This document shows positions 9,632 through 19,367 of a stretch of 64,000 bases of DNA, piece by piece. The DNA is from Candidatus Zixiibacteriota bacterium. GTDB taxonomy: Bacteria > Zixibacteria > MSB-5A5 > DG-27. The notes beneath the pieces are model-generated. The model made no database searches, was not told where the DNA came from, and saw only the letters and a list, made by a program, of their open reading frames with translations. The DNA lies in the NCBI GenBank assembly GCA_030605835.1, contig JAUWHO010000048.1:107984-171983 (forward strand), given 5' to 3'. A program made the translations under genes and the position numbers. Within the stretch, counting starts at the first letter, position 1. Each line of letters begins with the position of its first letter.

Positions 9632-11077
9632 CTACGGTTCGAAGTCCTCTATCGCATCTAAGAGCAGCTTCTTGGCGTATTTGTAGTTGTGTATCCCTTT
9701 ACTGCCGTCATTTTTCACGAAGTCGTAGTTGAATCTGGCATACCAGAAATCGCCAGTGGTGTCGGTGACATCAGCATAGGCATCCAGCTCAGAATGGAGG
9801 CTGTTAAGCCAGGTGTTGATGGAATCCTGTTTAGAATCGATGTTGAAATCTGCGGCTCCGCTGTGGCAACCCACCACCGCACAGGCGGCCAACCGCGGTT
9901 GGAAGGTGTGACTGCTGGCGGTGTCATCCTCAGCTCGGTAGAAATGACAACCGAGACAGGTCTCCAACTCGAACAGGGTGGTGTGCTGTGAGCTTTCGTA
10001 GGTGGTGTCATATTCGTGTCCCCCGATAGCCGTTAACATCGAATACTGGATGTGGCGCGGGGTCTCGTAGGAGATAGTATCGGGTAGCTCGCAGTCCCTC
10101 ATATGACATTGTTCGCAGAGCCCGGTTTCTCCCACCCCCGCGGGGAGCCGGAGCTGACCACTATAGTCGGCGCGGTGAGGATGGTGGCAGGCCAAACAGA
10201 CCAGGGCTTGAGGGTCACCCGGCAAGGTGTAATCGTAATGCAGCGCCGCCAGGAAGCCCTCGGCGGTGTGACAGTCGGCGCAGCCAGGATCACTGGCCTG
10301 GCCTTTGCCGGCGGTGTCGGAATAACTGTGGGCTGAAGTCTGCCACTCGGTCAAATAGGGATGATGCTGGGTTTGGTGGCATCCGGCGCAGAATTGGGCG
10401 GTTAACGGAGACTCCAAAGGCTGCCTGAGGCTATCGGGAGCAGAGGCATGAAACGAACCGGGACCATGGCAGTTCTCACACTGCACCCCGGCGAGCCGAT
10501 CTACCATCTGCTCGTCGAAGCCACCGTTGTTGACACTCAAATTCCAACCGACGGTGTGGCAGACCAGACACTGGGGATCGTCGCCGCGGCCGCGATTCAC
10601 AAGAGCAGTATAGGCATCGGCGTGGGCGGTGGAGCCCCACCAGGTGAGTATGGAGGTGTGGCATTCCTCGTTGCAGCTCTGTGCCCCCACATAATAGAGA
10701 GTCTCAGCAGGGGTGTATTCACCCACCTGGATGCTCACCGTAGCTTCGGTGCTATCGGTGCCATCGAAGACGTTGACCCTCACATCGTAGAGACCGGCGG
10801 TGCTGGGAGCGGCCCAGAAGGCGGTATCTCTGTTGGCGTGAAAAACTCTTCCGGAATCAGAGCTCCAGATGTGAGTGGTAGAATCCCCATCCGGATCCGA
10901 ATAGCTCACAAAGAGGGTATCCAGCTCCCCAGCCCCGACCGAATCAGAGCTGGCGCTGACACTTAAAATCTCCGGGGGGCGGTTGGCGGGGCCGGTAGTA
11001 TCCTTTTTGGTGCAGCCCAAAACGAGAAGTAACGCCGCCATTAACCCCACTACTGAAGTCCGCAAAGCATATTTCAT
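9632..11077 (-). CDS. Multiheme c-type cytochrome lipoprotein with N-terminal Ig/PKD-like domain
   Basis: Lipobox LVLGC; seven CxxCH (CLVCH, CENCH, CAGCH, CADCH, CLACH, CEQCH, CLGCH) plus CNEECH and CAVVGCH; C-terminal DGSKGIHNYKYA helix. Confidence 0.88.
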   Translation of the reverse strand: MKYALRTSVVGLMAALLLVLGCTKKDTTGPANRPPEILSVSASSDSVGAGELDTLFVSYSDPDGDSTTHIWSSDSGRVFHANRDTAFWAAPSTAGLYDVRVNVFDGTDSTEATVSIQVGEYTPAETLYYVGAQSCNEECHTSILTWWGSTAHADAYTALVNRGRGDDPQCLVCHTVGWNLSVNNGGFDEQMVDRLAGVQCENCHGPGSFHASAPDSLRQPLESPLTAQFCAGCHQTQHHPYLTEWQTSAHSYSDTAGKGQASDPGCADCHTAEGFLAALHYDYTLPGDPQALVCLACHHPHRADYSGQLRLPAGVGETGLCEQCHMRDCELPDTISYETPRHIQYSMLTAIGGHEYDTTYESSQHTTLFELETCLGCHFYRAEDDTASSHTFQPRLAACAVVGCHSGAADFNIDSKQDSINTWLNSLHSELDAYADVTDTTGDFWYARFNYDFVKNDGSKGIHNYKYAKKLLLDAIEDFEP

Positions 11078-11166
11078 TTCAACACCTTACCTTTAGAGAA
11101 ATCCGTGCAAAGAAATTCTATCTCAAAGAGGCTCGTTCCTTACAGGTACTCCTGAGATTTCCCGCT

Positions 11167-11196
11167 ATTATATCAAAAAGCTTGGGGATTTGTCAA
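11167..11196 (-). promoter_or_regulatory. Near-consensus sigma70 promoter of the cytochrome gene
   Basis: Minus strand TTGACA, 18 nt, TATAAT with extended TG. Confidence 0.6.
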
Positions 11197-11265
11197 GGGA
11201 AAAGGCCTCCCCGAATAAAATCGCTCTCCGCTCCGCGAGAAAGAGAATATAGCTACCAGAAGCAG

Positions 11266-12069
11266 CTACTCCCCTTGACCGCGGGGAACCTCCCGGTATC
11301 CCTTGGGGAGCTCGAACTCGCTGTCGCTGATCTTCTTGGTCTTAAGCTTGGTCACCTCCGAGATGTATCTGGAGTGGGTCCCGGCCGCCTCGGTCTCCAT
11401 GACCATGACCATCTTCAAAGGTACCCCCTTGATTTCAGAGAGCCCTTCTGCCAGAGGTCCGCCCATGAACAGGCCTTTATAGAACTTGGAGAAGTCTATC
11501 TCAGGAGCGATCTCCTCACTGACCCACATATCCAAGGTCATGTTTGCCCAACTTACCTTGTATTGTTGGCAAGTGTATCCCAGGATCTTGTCTTTCTTGC
11601 CGGTCTTCGTCACCTTCGGTGGCTTGGCCATAGCGGCCTGAGCCTCCATCGCCTGCTGCATCTGCTTTTCTGCCATGGCTCTCTGCTCCGGAGGCAATGA
11701 TTCCATCATCTTGGTCATCTGTTCCTGGCTTTGTTTCATAGCAACCTCCTGCTGACGGTAAAGCTCATCCAGCTCCGCGAAGGTCACTTGCGAATAGGTC
11801 TTTTTGTTGTGGTCTATCTCCCAGACCAGGTCCTTGTCCAGCCTGATGATGGTGGCCTTTTTATCCGTCAAATCCTCGCTTCTCAGGCGGTCAGACTTTG
11901 CATACCCCTTTAGGTGGTCGACTTCGGTGGTCTCTCCTCCCGGGGTGGAAGAGTACTCCGTGTTGGTCGTCTCGGAGTAGAGATCCCCCCAAACCGGGGT
12001 GGTAAACAGAAAAAGGATAATTACCCCCCATGAGAGAAGATTGAACTTGGAATGCAATTTCACCTGCAT
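11266..12069 (-). CDS. Secreted DUF4412-like protein
   Basis: Signal-like N-terminus, TIIRLDKDLVWEIDHNKKTY, KTGKKDKILGYTCQQY, GVPLK, FELPKGY. Confidence 0.7.
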   Translation of the reverse strand: MQVKLHSKFNLLSWGVIILFLFTTPVWGDLYSETTNTEYSSTPGGETTEVDHLKGYAKSDRLRSEDLTDKKATIIRLDKDLVWEIDHNKKTYSQVTFAELDELYRQQEVAMKQSQEQMTKMMESLPPEQRAMAEKQMQQAMEAQAAMAKPPKVTKTGKKDKILGYTCQQYKVSWANMTLDMWVSEEIAPEIDFSKFYKGLFMGGPLAEGLSEIKGVPLKMVMVMETEAAGTHSRYISEVTKLKTKKISDSEFELPKGYREVPRGQGE

Positions 12070-12130
12070 TTTCTACCTCCGTGAATTTATGGGTTTCTGA
12101 CTTATGTTCCGCGGTCGGTTATCAGGCAAG

Positions 12131-14164
12131 TCATAATTCCAGTGATTGCGATACCAGTTCGGCAATATCGAATATCTTCAGCCTCTCTTCGGCGTCCAAG
12201 TCTTTGATCCCGTCAGAGAGCATCGTCAGGCAGAAAGGACAGGCAGAGGCCACCACTTCGGCCCCGGAATCCAGGATCTCCTGGGTGCGGATGTCGTTGA
12301 CCCTCTTGCCGACGTCCTCCTCCATAAACATCCTGCCCCCGCCAGCCCCACAGCAGAAGGATTTCCCTTTACGGCGGGGGAGTTCGGTCAACCTGCCGTT
12401 GGTCAGGGACTTCAGTATCTGCCTTGGGGATTCATATATATCATTGTAACGTCCCAGGTAACAGGAATCGTGATAGGTGATCTTTTCCTTCAGTCCCGCC
12501 TTCAATTTCACTCTACCCTCGCGGATAAGCTTTCCTATGAACTCGCTGTGATGCCAGACCTCGAAGTCCCCACCGAATTGGGGGTACTCGTACTTGTAAG
12601 TATTAAACCCGTGAGGGCAAGTTGTCAAGATTTTTCTGACTCCGTAGTTCTTCAGAATCTTAAGGTTAGTCTCCACCAGGGTCTGAAACTGGTATTCGTC
12701 GCCCATCCGGCGGGCGGGATCGCCACAGCAGTTCTCCTCCTCGCCTAAGATGCCGAAGCTCACCCCGGCGGCTTTCAATATCTTCGCAAAGGCGATGGCA
12801 ATCTTGGTGTTCCGGGCATCCAGGGAGCTGGAACAGCCGACCCAGAAAAGGTACTCCACTTCCCTATTCTCGCTTAGCAGCGGTATGTCCAGACCCTCAA
12901 TCCAGTCAGTCCTGGAGCTCTGGGGAAGTCCCCAGGGGTTTTGGCTACGTTCCAGATTGCGCAGGGTGGTGGCGGCCTCAGGTGGTGCCTTTCCCTCCGA
13001 TAGAACCAGATACCTGCGCATGTCCACTATCTTGTCAATATGTTCGATGAATACTGGGCAGTTGTAAACACAACCGTAGCAGGTGGTGCAGCTCCAGAGG
13101 GCCTCCTCCTCAACGATGGGGCCGATCAGCTGTCCTTTCTTTTCCTCACTTTCTCCTTCTTTGGCGTCGGCCTTAGATTTCAAAAGCTCCTCCCCGGAGC
13201 CCAGTAGATGATGCTGCAAGTTCAGAATGACATCCTTGGGCGAAAGCGGTTTGTCCGAAAGGTGCGCCGGGCAATTGAGGTCGCATCGTCCGCACTCGGT
13301 GCAGGTGTAAAGGTCCAAGATCCCTTTTCGAGAGAAGTCCTCAATCCTGTTGACTCCGAAAGATTCGCTCTCTTCCAGATCCATCTTTGTGAGCTGACCT
13401 CTGGGTCCCAGATTTCGGAAAAAGACGTTGAACGGCGCGGTCAGGATGTGCAGGTGTTTGGAGTAGGGGATGTAATCCAACAGGAAGAGAATCACCAATA
13501 AATGCGCCCACCAGAAGGCGAAATAGAGATTTCTGCTCACAGAGAAGCTCACTTCCCAGGAGCTGAAAAGGCCCGCCAGAGCGGAGCTAGCAAACGAGAA
13601 TCGGTCTATACCTTCCGGGGCGATGGCAATCTTGAAACCGTCACCGACGAGGTCGAAGACCATTATCGCCAAAATCGAGAAGAGAAGTATGTTAGCGCCG
13701 GAAGAATAGACCGGTCCCGGTGGTCTCCAGATCAGCCGTCGATACAGGGCCATCAGAACCGCAACTATCACCAGAAGCTGGAACAGGTCTAGTAAGGAAA
13801 GATAATACGGCTTCAGGACTCCGTCCAGAAGTGGCAGGCCGAACCCGGAGTAGAAGCCCTGTCCCACTGTGGTTATGTACCCGATTACAACGAAAATGAA
13901 CCCCCAGAAGATGAAGAAATGGGCAATCCCTGGATAGGGCACCATCAAAAGTCGCCTCTGACCGAAGACGTATTTCAAGAGGCTGGTAAGTCTTTTGCCG
14001 AAGCTGCCGAAGCTGTTCTCAGGTTGACCCAACTTCATGAGACGGATAAGCTTGACGACTCTCCGGCGGAAGATTGTGACAGAAATCACAAGGAAGAGAA
14101 GCAGAATAACCTTGCCGATTATCCCAAACTGCAGGGCCTGCAGGTTAGCTTGAGCAGTTTCCAT
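12131..14164 (-). CDS. Membrane-anchored Fe-S oxidoreductase (HdrD/FadF-like: TM domain, 2x4Fe-4S, 2 CCG domains)
   Basis: TM helices; CTECGRCDLNCP and CTTCYGCVYNCP; WVGC, ENCCG, TCPHG, YHDSCY, FCCGAGGG, SACPFC. Confidence 0.88.
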   Translation of the reverse strand: METAQANLQALQFGIIGKVILLLFLVISVTIFRRRVVKLIRLMKLGQPENSFGSFGKRLTSLLKYVFGQRRLLMVPYPGIAHFFIFWGFIFVVIGYITTVGQGFYSGFGLPLLDGVLKPYYLSLLDLFQLLVIVAVLMALYRRLIWRPPGPVYSSGANILLFSILAIMVFDLVGDGFKIAIAPEGIDRFSFASSALAGLFSSWEVSFSVSRNLYFAFWWAHLLVILFLLDYIPYSKHLHILTAPFNVFFRNLGPRGQLTKMDLEESESFGVNRIEDFSRKGILDLYTCTECGRCDLNCPAHLSDKPLSPKDVILNLQHHLLGSGEELLKSKADAKEGESEEKKGQLIGPIVEEEALWSCTTCYGCVYNCPVFIEHIDKIVDMRRYLVLSEGKAPPEAATTLRNLERSQNPWGLPQSSRTDWIEGLDIPLLSENREVEYLFWVGCSSSLDARNTKIAIAFAKILKAAGVSFGILGEEENCCGDPARRMGDEYQFQTLVETNLKILKNYGVRKILTTCPHGFNTYKYEYPQFGGDFEVWHHSEFIGKLIREGRVKLKAGLKEKITYHDSCYLGRYNDIYESPRQILKSLTNGRLTELPRRKGKSFCCGAGGGRMFMEEDVGKRVNDIRTQEILDSGAEVVASACPFCLTMLSDGIKDLDAEERLKIFDIAELVSQSLEL

Positions 14165-14311
14165 TTTTGTCCACTTCCCATAAGAGGGATTGCTCTCTAT
14201 CTGGTTTCGAATTCGATTTGAAGAGCGGGGAAAATTGATCTTCGTGAAGCACTTCGGCAGATTTTAGAGCAGACGGGTTCTGAAAGCCGAATTTCACTTC
14301 TAAATCGAAGA

Positions 14312-15088
14312 CTAGTAAAAATTCTTTCTCAGGGTGAGCTTGATCGATTTGTTCTTTCCCAGAAGGTCGGCGTTGCACCGCAGCCGCCAGTTCTTCACAG
14401 TGGCGAATTCCTGAGCCTGGTTGAAGGATCTGATGGCGATGTAGGCATCGATGGCGCTGACAATGCGGTTCACCACCGCCGCCCCTAACATAAAGATCGC
14501 CCGACGGTTGGCGCTTTTGCTGTCGTTGCGCAGCTGTCGGAAGCGCTCCCGGGACTCATCATTGTTCCACTCCCAGTTCCAGAAATCGTCTTCGGGATAG
14601 GTGTTCTCTTCGTTTCGATCATAAAGCCGGGTGATCTGGTTGTAGTAGTCGCGCGATTCATAATAGGTCATCTTCTCGTAGAAAGTATCATCCTTCGCTT
14701 GGGTGTTCACCCCGGCATGCACCGCCGCGAAATTCTTGTAATCGTTCTCCCTCCAGCGGCCGTAAGACTTGAAGCCGTAATATCCCCCCCAGATCCCACC
14801 TTCCAGTGAGAAAAAGATGAAGCCTCTGGCCTTGGCGCCGGCGTAGAGCTCTCCGGCGCCGGGAACTGCCAGGGAGAGAGCCATCGCCAGGGGGGCCGAC
14901 TTCCGTTTTCCCGCCTGGGGCTCTTCCCAATCCCAGGTCAAATCCTCGTCAACACCAGCCAGGCTGGGGAGAACTGCAAGCTGCCTCTGAAGGCTGGTCT
15001 CAATTGAGGGGCCCTTCTCATGGGTGGCGTTTGCAAGGCTACCCCACCAGAGGACGATTGCGAGCGTCAGAAGTCTCGATGCCTTCAT
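14312..15088 (-). CDS. Uncharacterised envelope protein (DUF5683/TM2-like N-terminal motif)
   Basis: Signal peptide, SLAVPGAGELYAG motif, hydrophobic helix near C-terminus, ends KLTLRKNFY. Confidence 0.6.
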   Translation of the reverse strand: MKASRLLTLAIVLWWGSLANATHEKGPSIETSLQRQLAVLPSLAGVDEDLTWDWEEPQAGKRKSAPLAMALSLAVPGAGELYAGAKARGFIFFSLEGGIWGGYYGFKSYGRWRENDYKNFAAVHAGVNTQAKDDTFYEKMTYYESRDYYNQITRLYDRNEENTYPEDDFWNWEWNNDESRERFRQLRNDSKSANRRAIFMLGAAVVNRIVSAIDAYIAIRSFNQAQEFATVKNWRLRCNADLLGKNKSIKLTLRKNFY

Positions 15089-15102
15089 AGGATCAGTCTA
15101 AC

Positions 15103-15987
15103 TTAATAGAAACTCTTGGTCAATGTCAACTGGGGAATGCTCTCATTTTGATACTCTCGCATCTTCATCTTCAAATGGAGACCGGCAAACCTCTCCTGTT
15201 TTTTGTTATAGGAACGGGCCGTCAAGGCGGCATCGAAACCGGAGAGGACGTGGTTGACCAAAACACAGACGGTGAAAGTGCGGGCGCGAGAGAACATCCG
15301 ATTGGATTCATCGCGCGTGTCTAAGTAAGTGTTGCGGTATGCACTGGGCGGGGGGTTTCGTGGATCAAACTGCTCAGGACTAACCCCAGCGTCCTCCCAA
15401 CCGACGCTGAACTGGTCATACTTCCCAACGTTCTCGTAGTACTCGAGGTTCTTGATCACGTTACCCTGTTCGTCGACGGGGAGGTCGTGCGAGAACTCCT
15501 TTTTTTCGGTAGTGTCGAGGGTGTTCCACCAAGTGAAGTACCGATCAGGGTCGTAGTTCTGGTCCGCGAAGAGCCTGTATTCGTCCTCCTTGTCGTTCCC
15601 CTTCCCGTCGTAGACGAAATATCCGGCCCAGAGAGAAGCCTCCAGCCCCAGAAAGAGAAGAGGCTTTATCTTCGAGCCGGCGTAGAATTCACCGGCACCG
15701 GGTATCAGCATGGAGTAGAAAAAGGCTAACCTGGTGTTCTTTGGCTTGAAGGCGTAGATGTCCTCCTCTAACTGTCCCGGCTTTTCGCTTAAGTATTTCG
15801 CCTCCGCCCAGGAGGGAGAGACCTCCTCAATCTCGAGATAGGAATCGAAGGGGCGATTCAAAGAGGCGAAATAAGAACCGACCAGCTCTTTATTTGCAGT
15901 GGCCTCGGACTGCGAAGCCCAGACCGACCCGCAAACAACTAAGATCGAGGCTGCAAATGCCCAGAGGGCGAATCTTTTCAATTTCAT
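15103..15987 (-). CDS. Uncharacterised envelope protein, paralogue of 14312-15088
   Basis: Signal peptide, SMLIPGAGEFYAG, VLVNHVLSGFDA, ends QLTLTKSFY. Confidence 0.6.
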   Translation of the reverse strand: MKLKRFALWAFAASILVVCGSVWASQSEATANKELVGSYFASLNRPFDSYLEIEEVSPSWAEAKYLSEKPGQLEEDIYAFKPKNTRLAFFYSMLIPGAGEFYAGSKIKPLLFLGLEASLWAGYFVYDGKGNDKEDEYRLFADQNYDPDRYFTWWNTLDTTEKKEFSHDLPVDEQGNVIKNLEYYENVGKYDQFSVGWEDAGVSPEQFDPRNPPPSAYRNTYLDTRDESNRMFSRARTFTVCVLVNHVLSGFDAALTARSYNKKQERFAGLHLKMKMREYQNESIPQLTLTKSFY

Positions 15988-16066
15988 CTTATCTTCTCCT
16001 GTCTACTGAAGCTCAAACGTTTACGTTCACGGCCTATACTTGGTATCGATCTCCAACGAGTCAATA

Positions 16067-19000
16067 TCACCTCACTATCGCCATCTTGAAGATGGCGTGT
16101 TCTTTCAGAGAGCCACTTTGTGCCCCCACCCGGCAGAGATAGACTCCGGGAGCGAATTTAGAGCAGTCCAAAAGATAGTCGTTATCGGACACTTGACCTT
16201 GTTCCGCATGCTCGAAGATTAGCTCTCCGGTGAGGTCGAAAATCTTTATGTTCACCTCCGCGGGCTGATTGAGGTAATACCTGATCTTGGTCTCCTCCCC
16301 GGCGGGATTGGGATAATTATAAACCGAGCCTGGGGGAAGAAACTCGCCCACCACAATCGGAGAGAGAAGCGAGCTGGGGAAAAGAAAACTGTTCTGGGGG
16401 TTTTGACCGAAAGTTGACCACGATAGGTCTTCCTCCGTGAAAAGAGCGGCCAGATCCCAGAAGGTGATGAAGCCGTCGGCGTAGGAGCGGACGCAGACCT
16501 CCAGATCTCCGTCATTGTCCAGATCGACCACCGTTGGGGAGTCGTAAATTGGGAAGCCAGAGGGGAGGGGGAAGCCGTTCACCGGGTTGCCGTCGTAGCG
16601 ATAGGCATACAGGTTCCCCTGGGGACCGCCCAAGATTATGTCCAGTTGGCCGTCACCGTCCAAGTCTCCCAGAACCGGGGTCGAGAGTATGAGGCCCATG
16701 TTTGTTGAGCGGCTCAATCTCACCGGGAAATTGGAGACCAGACTTCCGGTATAGTTGTAAGCGTATATCTCATCCTCGCCGGCAAGGATTATCTCCAAGA
16801 AACCATCTCCATCTATATCTCCGAGAATTGGGGGGCCGCTGAGGATTTCAGCGACCTGCCGGGGCCAGCCGGACTCCATCTCCCCATTGAGATTCCAGAC
16901 GTAAAGGTAACCTCCGGCGGTGGAGGCGATAATCTCCTCCCCTCCGTCGTGGTCGATGTCTCCTATCACCGGATTGAAGAGGGAATCGGCGACAATAACC
17001 TCTTCCCAGTTCTCATAACTGATAAAGGAGGAATCGTTACCATAGGAGGTCAAGACTACCTGAGCCTCACCGGAAATTGCCATCCCGGTCAGATGATGTT
17101 CACTATCTTGAGTAGAGATGATATCACCTCCTGAGTTGAAGAGGAGAAGTTTGTTGCCGGCGGCAATGGCTATTCTCAAACTACCGCTGTAGGAGAAAAC
17201 CGCCGGTGAGGTGCTCGCAGGAGAACCCAAGTCAACGGGAAAGCCGGGCATGAGGTCTGCGCCCCCGTCTGGCTCTGAATCCCTTGGTTTCCAGGCGTAA
17301 AGCTTGCCATCGAGAGAGCCCAAAATCACCTCTAAAGTATCGTCTTCGTCTAAGTCCCCGAAGGCGGGAGTGCCCACGAAATCTGAATCGGCGAGAGAGA
17401 AACTCGATAGCGGGTACTTCTTCACAGAACCGTCGAACTGGATAATCCCAATGCTGTCGACATTGTTCATGATCTTGCTGCCGTCATATCTCCAGCCCAG
17501 AAGAACCTTCCCCCAGACCTGGAAGACCTCCTGGAGGGAATCGCCATCAACGTCCACGACCGTGGGCTGGCAGTCGCTCAGCCCGGGAACAGAGGTCTGG
17601 GGCCAGCCGGCTTGAGAGATCTCCCGACTCAGATTGAAGGTCATAACGGTATCAGCCCGACTTATTTCGGTGACGTAGATCTGGCTGTTGGCTCCGAGGT
17701 TGCTTTCGGTCGCCGGATTGGTGTAAGGGGTGAAGTTGCTGTTGTTGCCCCTTCTCCACATGTCGGCGGCAGAGCCGTATCCGGCGTGGTAGTTCCCCCC
17801 GAGATCGATTACCCCGTCGGCCTCCATCAGAGTTACGAAACGGCGATCAGGATCCCACTGTAAGGCGTTATTGAAGAAATTGTTAAAGCCGTTCCCTACA
17901 TAATCTAAGTAACAGACGACCTCGTCCACCCGCCAGATGAGGATGCCGTTGCCGGGCAAGAGGCGGTCGTATTCGTCATTTAAGACCTTGACCGTATCGG
18001 CACCGGGGAAATATGCATAACCCGGTCCTAAAATGACGCCGGTCTCTTTGTCTCCAATCAGGATATCGGAATAATCACCGACATCGACAAAATCAACCTC
18101 CCATCGGCGATTTTCCAGAAGAAAATATTCGTTGGCGTCGATGGGGACTTTCACCACCTCGACACCATTTCTGACCATCTCGGCGGCGATGACCTCGACA
18201 CTGTCCTCATTAGAGATCTCTTTTGGGACTGAGAATCCCAAATAGGCTCGGCTCCAGGCCTCGGGGTAAACCGGCAGGGTCCCGAAAACTGCCGGACCAA
18301 TATCAGGGAAATCGGCTCCAACGCTCTCGCCGTTGTTGTCCATCAGGGAGAAATCACCTATCTGGGTGAAGAAATCGTAAGTTCGATAGAGGTCAACCAG
18401 CCCTAACTGATGCCCGAACTCGTGAGCCAGGCCTGAATTCAAGGCTCCAATCCGATTGTCCTGACTAACGGTTTCCGGTATTATGAGACCGTCTTGGATT
18501 TCAACCATCCCGAAATCGACCGGAAAAGGGTCTGTAAGAATTAGAAAACCCGAGAAAAAATCATCAGGGGTATCTTCGACGAAGTCGAGGTTGCCCTGCT
18601 GGTCGGCGCCGGCGTGAAAGAGGATTATGGACTGATACCGGGAAAAGTCAATCTCGGGCGAGAGGGAATCGGCGAGTCCCACGGCGTCCATGAGGAAATG
18701 CGCCATCCGCTCTGCAACGTACGGCCCGTGAGGTCCATCCTCACCGTAATGTCCCATCATCACCGGCAGACGGTAGCTCCCTTCGTCCTCCTGGGGCCAG
18801 ACATCGTAGGTGAGCACCAGCTGATGATTGGAGACGCTGTACCAGTAGTGGTGCAATGCCTGGAGGTGGGTCTCGAAATATTTCTTGTTGTGGGGGGTAG
18901 GGTCGATGTAGTGTCCCTCCTCCTCTTCAAACTCTTCGTAGCTGCGAAGGTCGAACTGGCCGCGGCCGGTGGTGTGGGGGTCATCGGGCTCTTCGTACTC

Positions 19001-19297
19001 GAAATCGACCCGCAGGGCGCATATCCTCAAGGTGTCCACTTGGAAGACGTCCAGGGGGAGCCCCTTTTTCAGGGTCGGCAGAGCTCCGGGGAAGGGTCTC
19101 TCCAACCCCAACAGGTTCCTGCGACAAACCGCGGAACGAAACCCCTGTTTCTCGACAGCATATTGTCTGTCCGGTTTCACTGAAGGACGAACAAACCGCC
19201 GGGGAACCAGCAGTTCCTTAGCCTCGGCGGCGGACCAGGAGGACGCCAGGACGCCGACTGTGATGATCAGAGTCAGAAGGGGGTGAGTTTTGGTCAT
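16067..19297 (-). CDS. M6 (immune inhibitor A-like) metalloprotease with FG-GAP/VCBS repeats and T9SS-type CTD
   Basis: HEFGHQLGLVDLY zinc motif, FSLMD Met-turn, repeated GDxDGDG..E motifs, C-terminal YNYPNP...IKIFDLTG...GVYLCRV. Confidence 0.85.
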   Translation of the reverse strand: MTKTHPLLTLIITVGVLASSWSAAEAKELLVPRRFVRPSVKPDRQYAVEKQGFRSAVCRRNLLGLERPFPGALPTLKKGLPLDVFQVDTLRICALRVDFEYEEPDDPHTTGRGQFDLRSYEEFEEEEGHYIDPTPHNKKYFETHLQALHHYWYSVSNHQLVLTYDVWPQEDEGSYRLPVMMGHYGEDGPHGPYVAERMAHFLMDAVGLADSLSPEIDFSRYQSIILFHAGADQQGNLDFVEDTPDDFFSGFLILTDPFPVDFGMVEIQDGLIIPETVSQDNRIGALNSGLAHEFGHQLGLVDLYRTYDFFTQIGDFSLMDNNGESVGADFPDIGPAVFGTLPVYPEAWSRAYLGFSVPKEISNEDSVEVIAAEMVRNGVEVVKVPIDANEYFLLENRRWEVDFVDVGDYSDILIGDKETGVILGPGYAYFPGADTVKVLNDEYDRLLPGNGILIWRVDEVVCYLDYVGNGFNNFFNNALQWDPDRRFVTLMEADGVIDLGGNYHAGYGSAADMWRRGNNSNFTPYTNPATESNLGANSQIYVTEISRADTVMTFNLSREISQAGWPQTSVPGLSDCQPTVVDVDGDSLQEVFQVWGKVLLGWRYDGSKIMNNVDSIGIIQFDGSVKKYPLSSFSLADSDFVGTPAFGDLDEDDTLEVILGSLDGKLYAWKPRDSEPDGGADLMPGFPVDLGSPASTSPAVFSYSGSLRIAIAAGNKLLLFNSGGDIISTQDSEHHLTGMAISGEAQVVLTSYGNDSSFISYENWEEVIVADSLFNPVIGDIDHDGGEEIIASTAGGYLYVWNLNGEMESGWPRQVAEILSGPPILGDIDGDGFLEIILAGEDEIYAYNYTGSLVSNFPVRLSRSTNMGLILSTPVLGDLDGDGQLDIILGGPQGNLYAYRYDGNPVNGFPLPSGFPIYDSPTVVDLDNDGDLEVCVRSYADGFITFWDLAALFTEEDLSWSTFGQNPQNSFLFPSSLLSPIVVGEFLPPGSVYNYPNPAGEETKIRYYLNQPAEVNIKIFDLTGELIFEHAEQGQVSDNDYLLDCSKFAPGVYLCRVGAQSGSLKEHAIFKMAIVR

Positions 19298-19367
19298 GAG
19301 AATCGCTTTTCTATAGAGCCCAGCTTGGGACAAGCTGGGCTACCTTTCCTGTCACCTGTTCCCTGTT

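Noticed and set aside
9632-11077. Cytochrome as NrfA nitrite reductase
   Set aside because: No CxxCK motif, and no nrfH or nrfBCD next to it.
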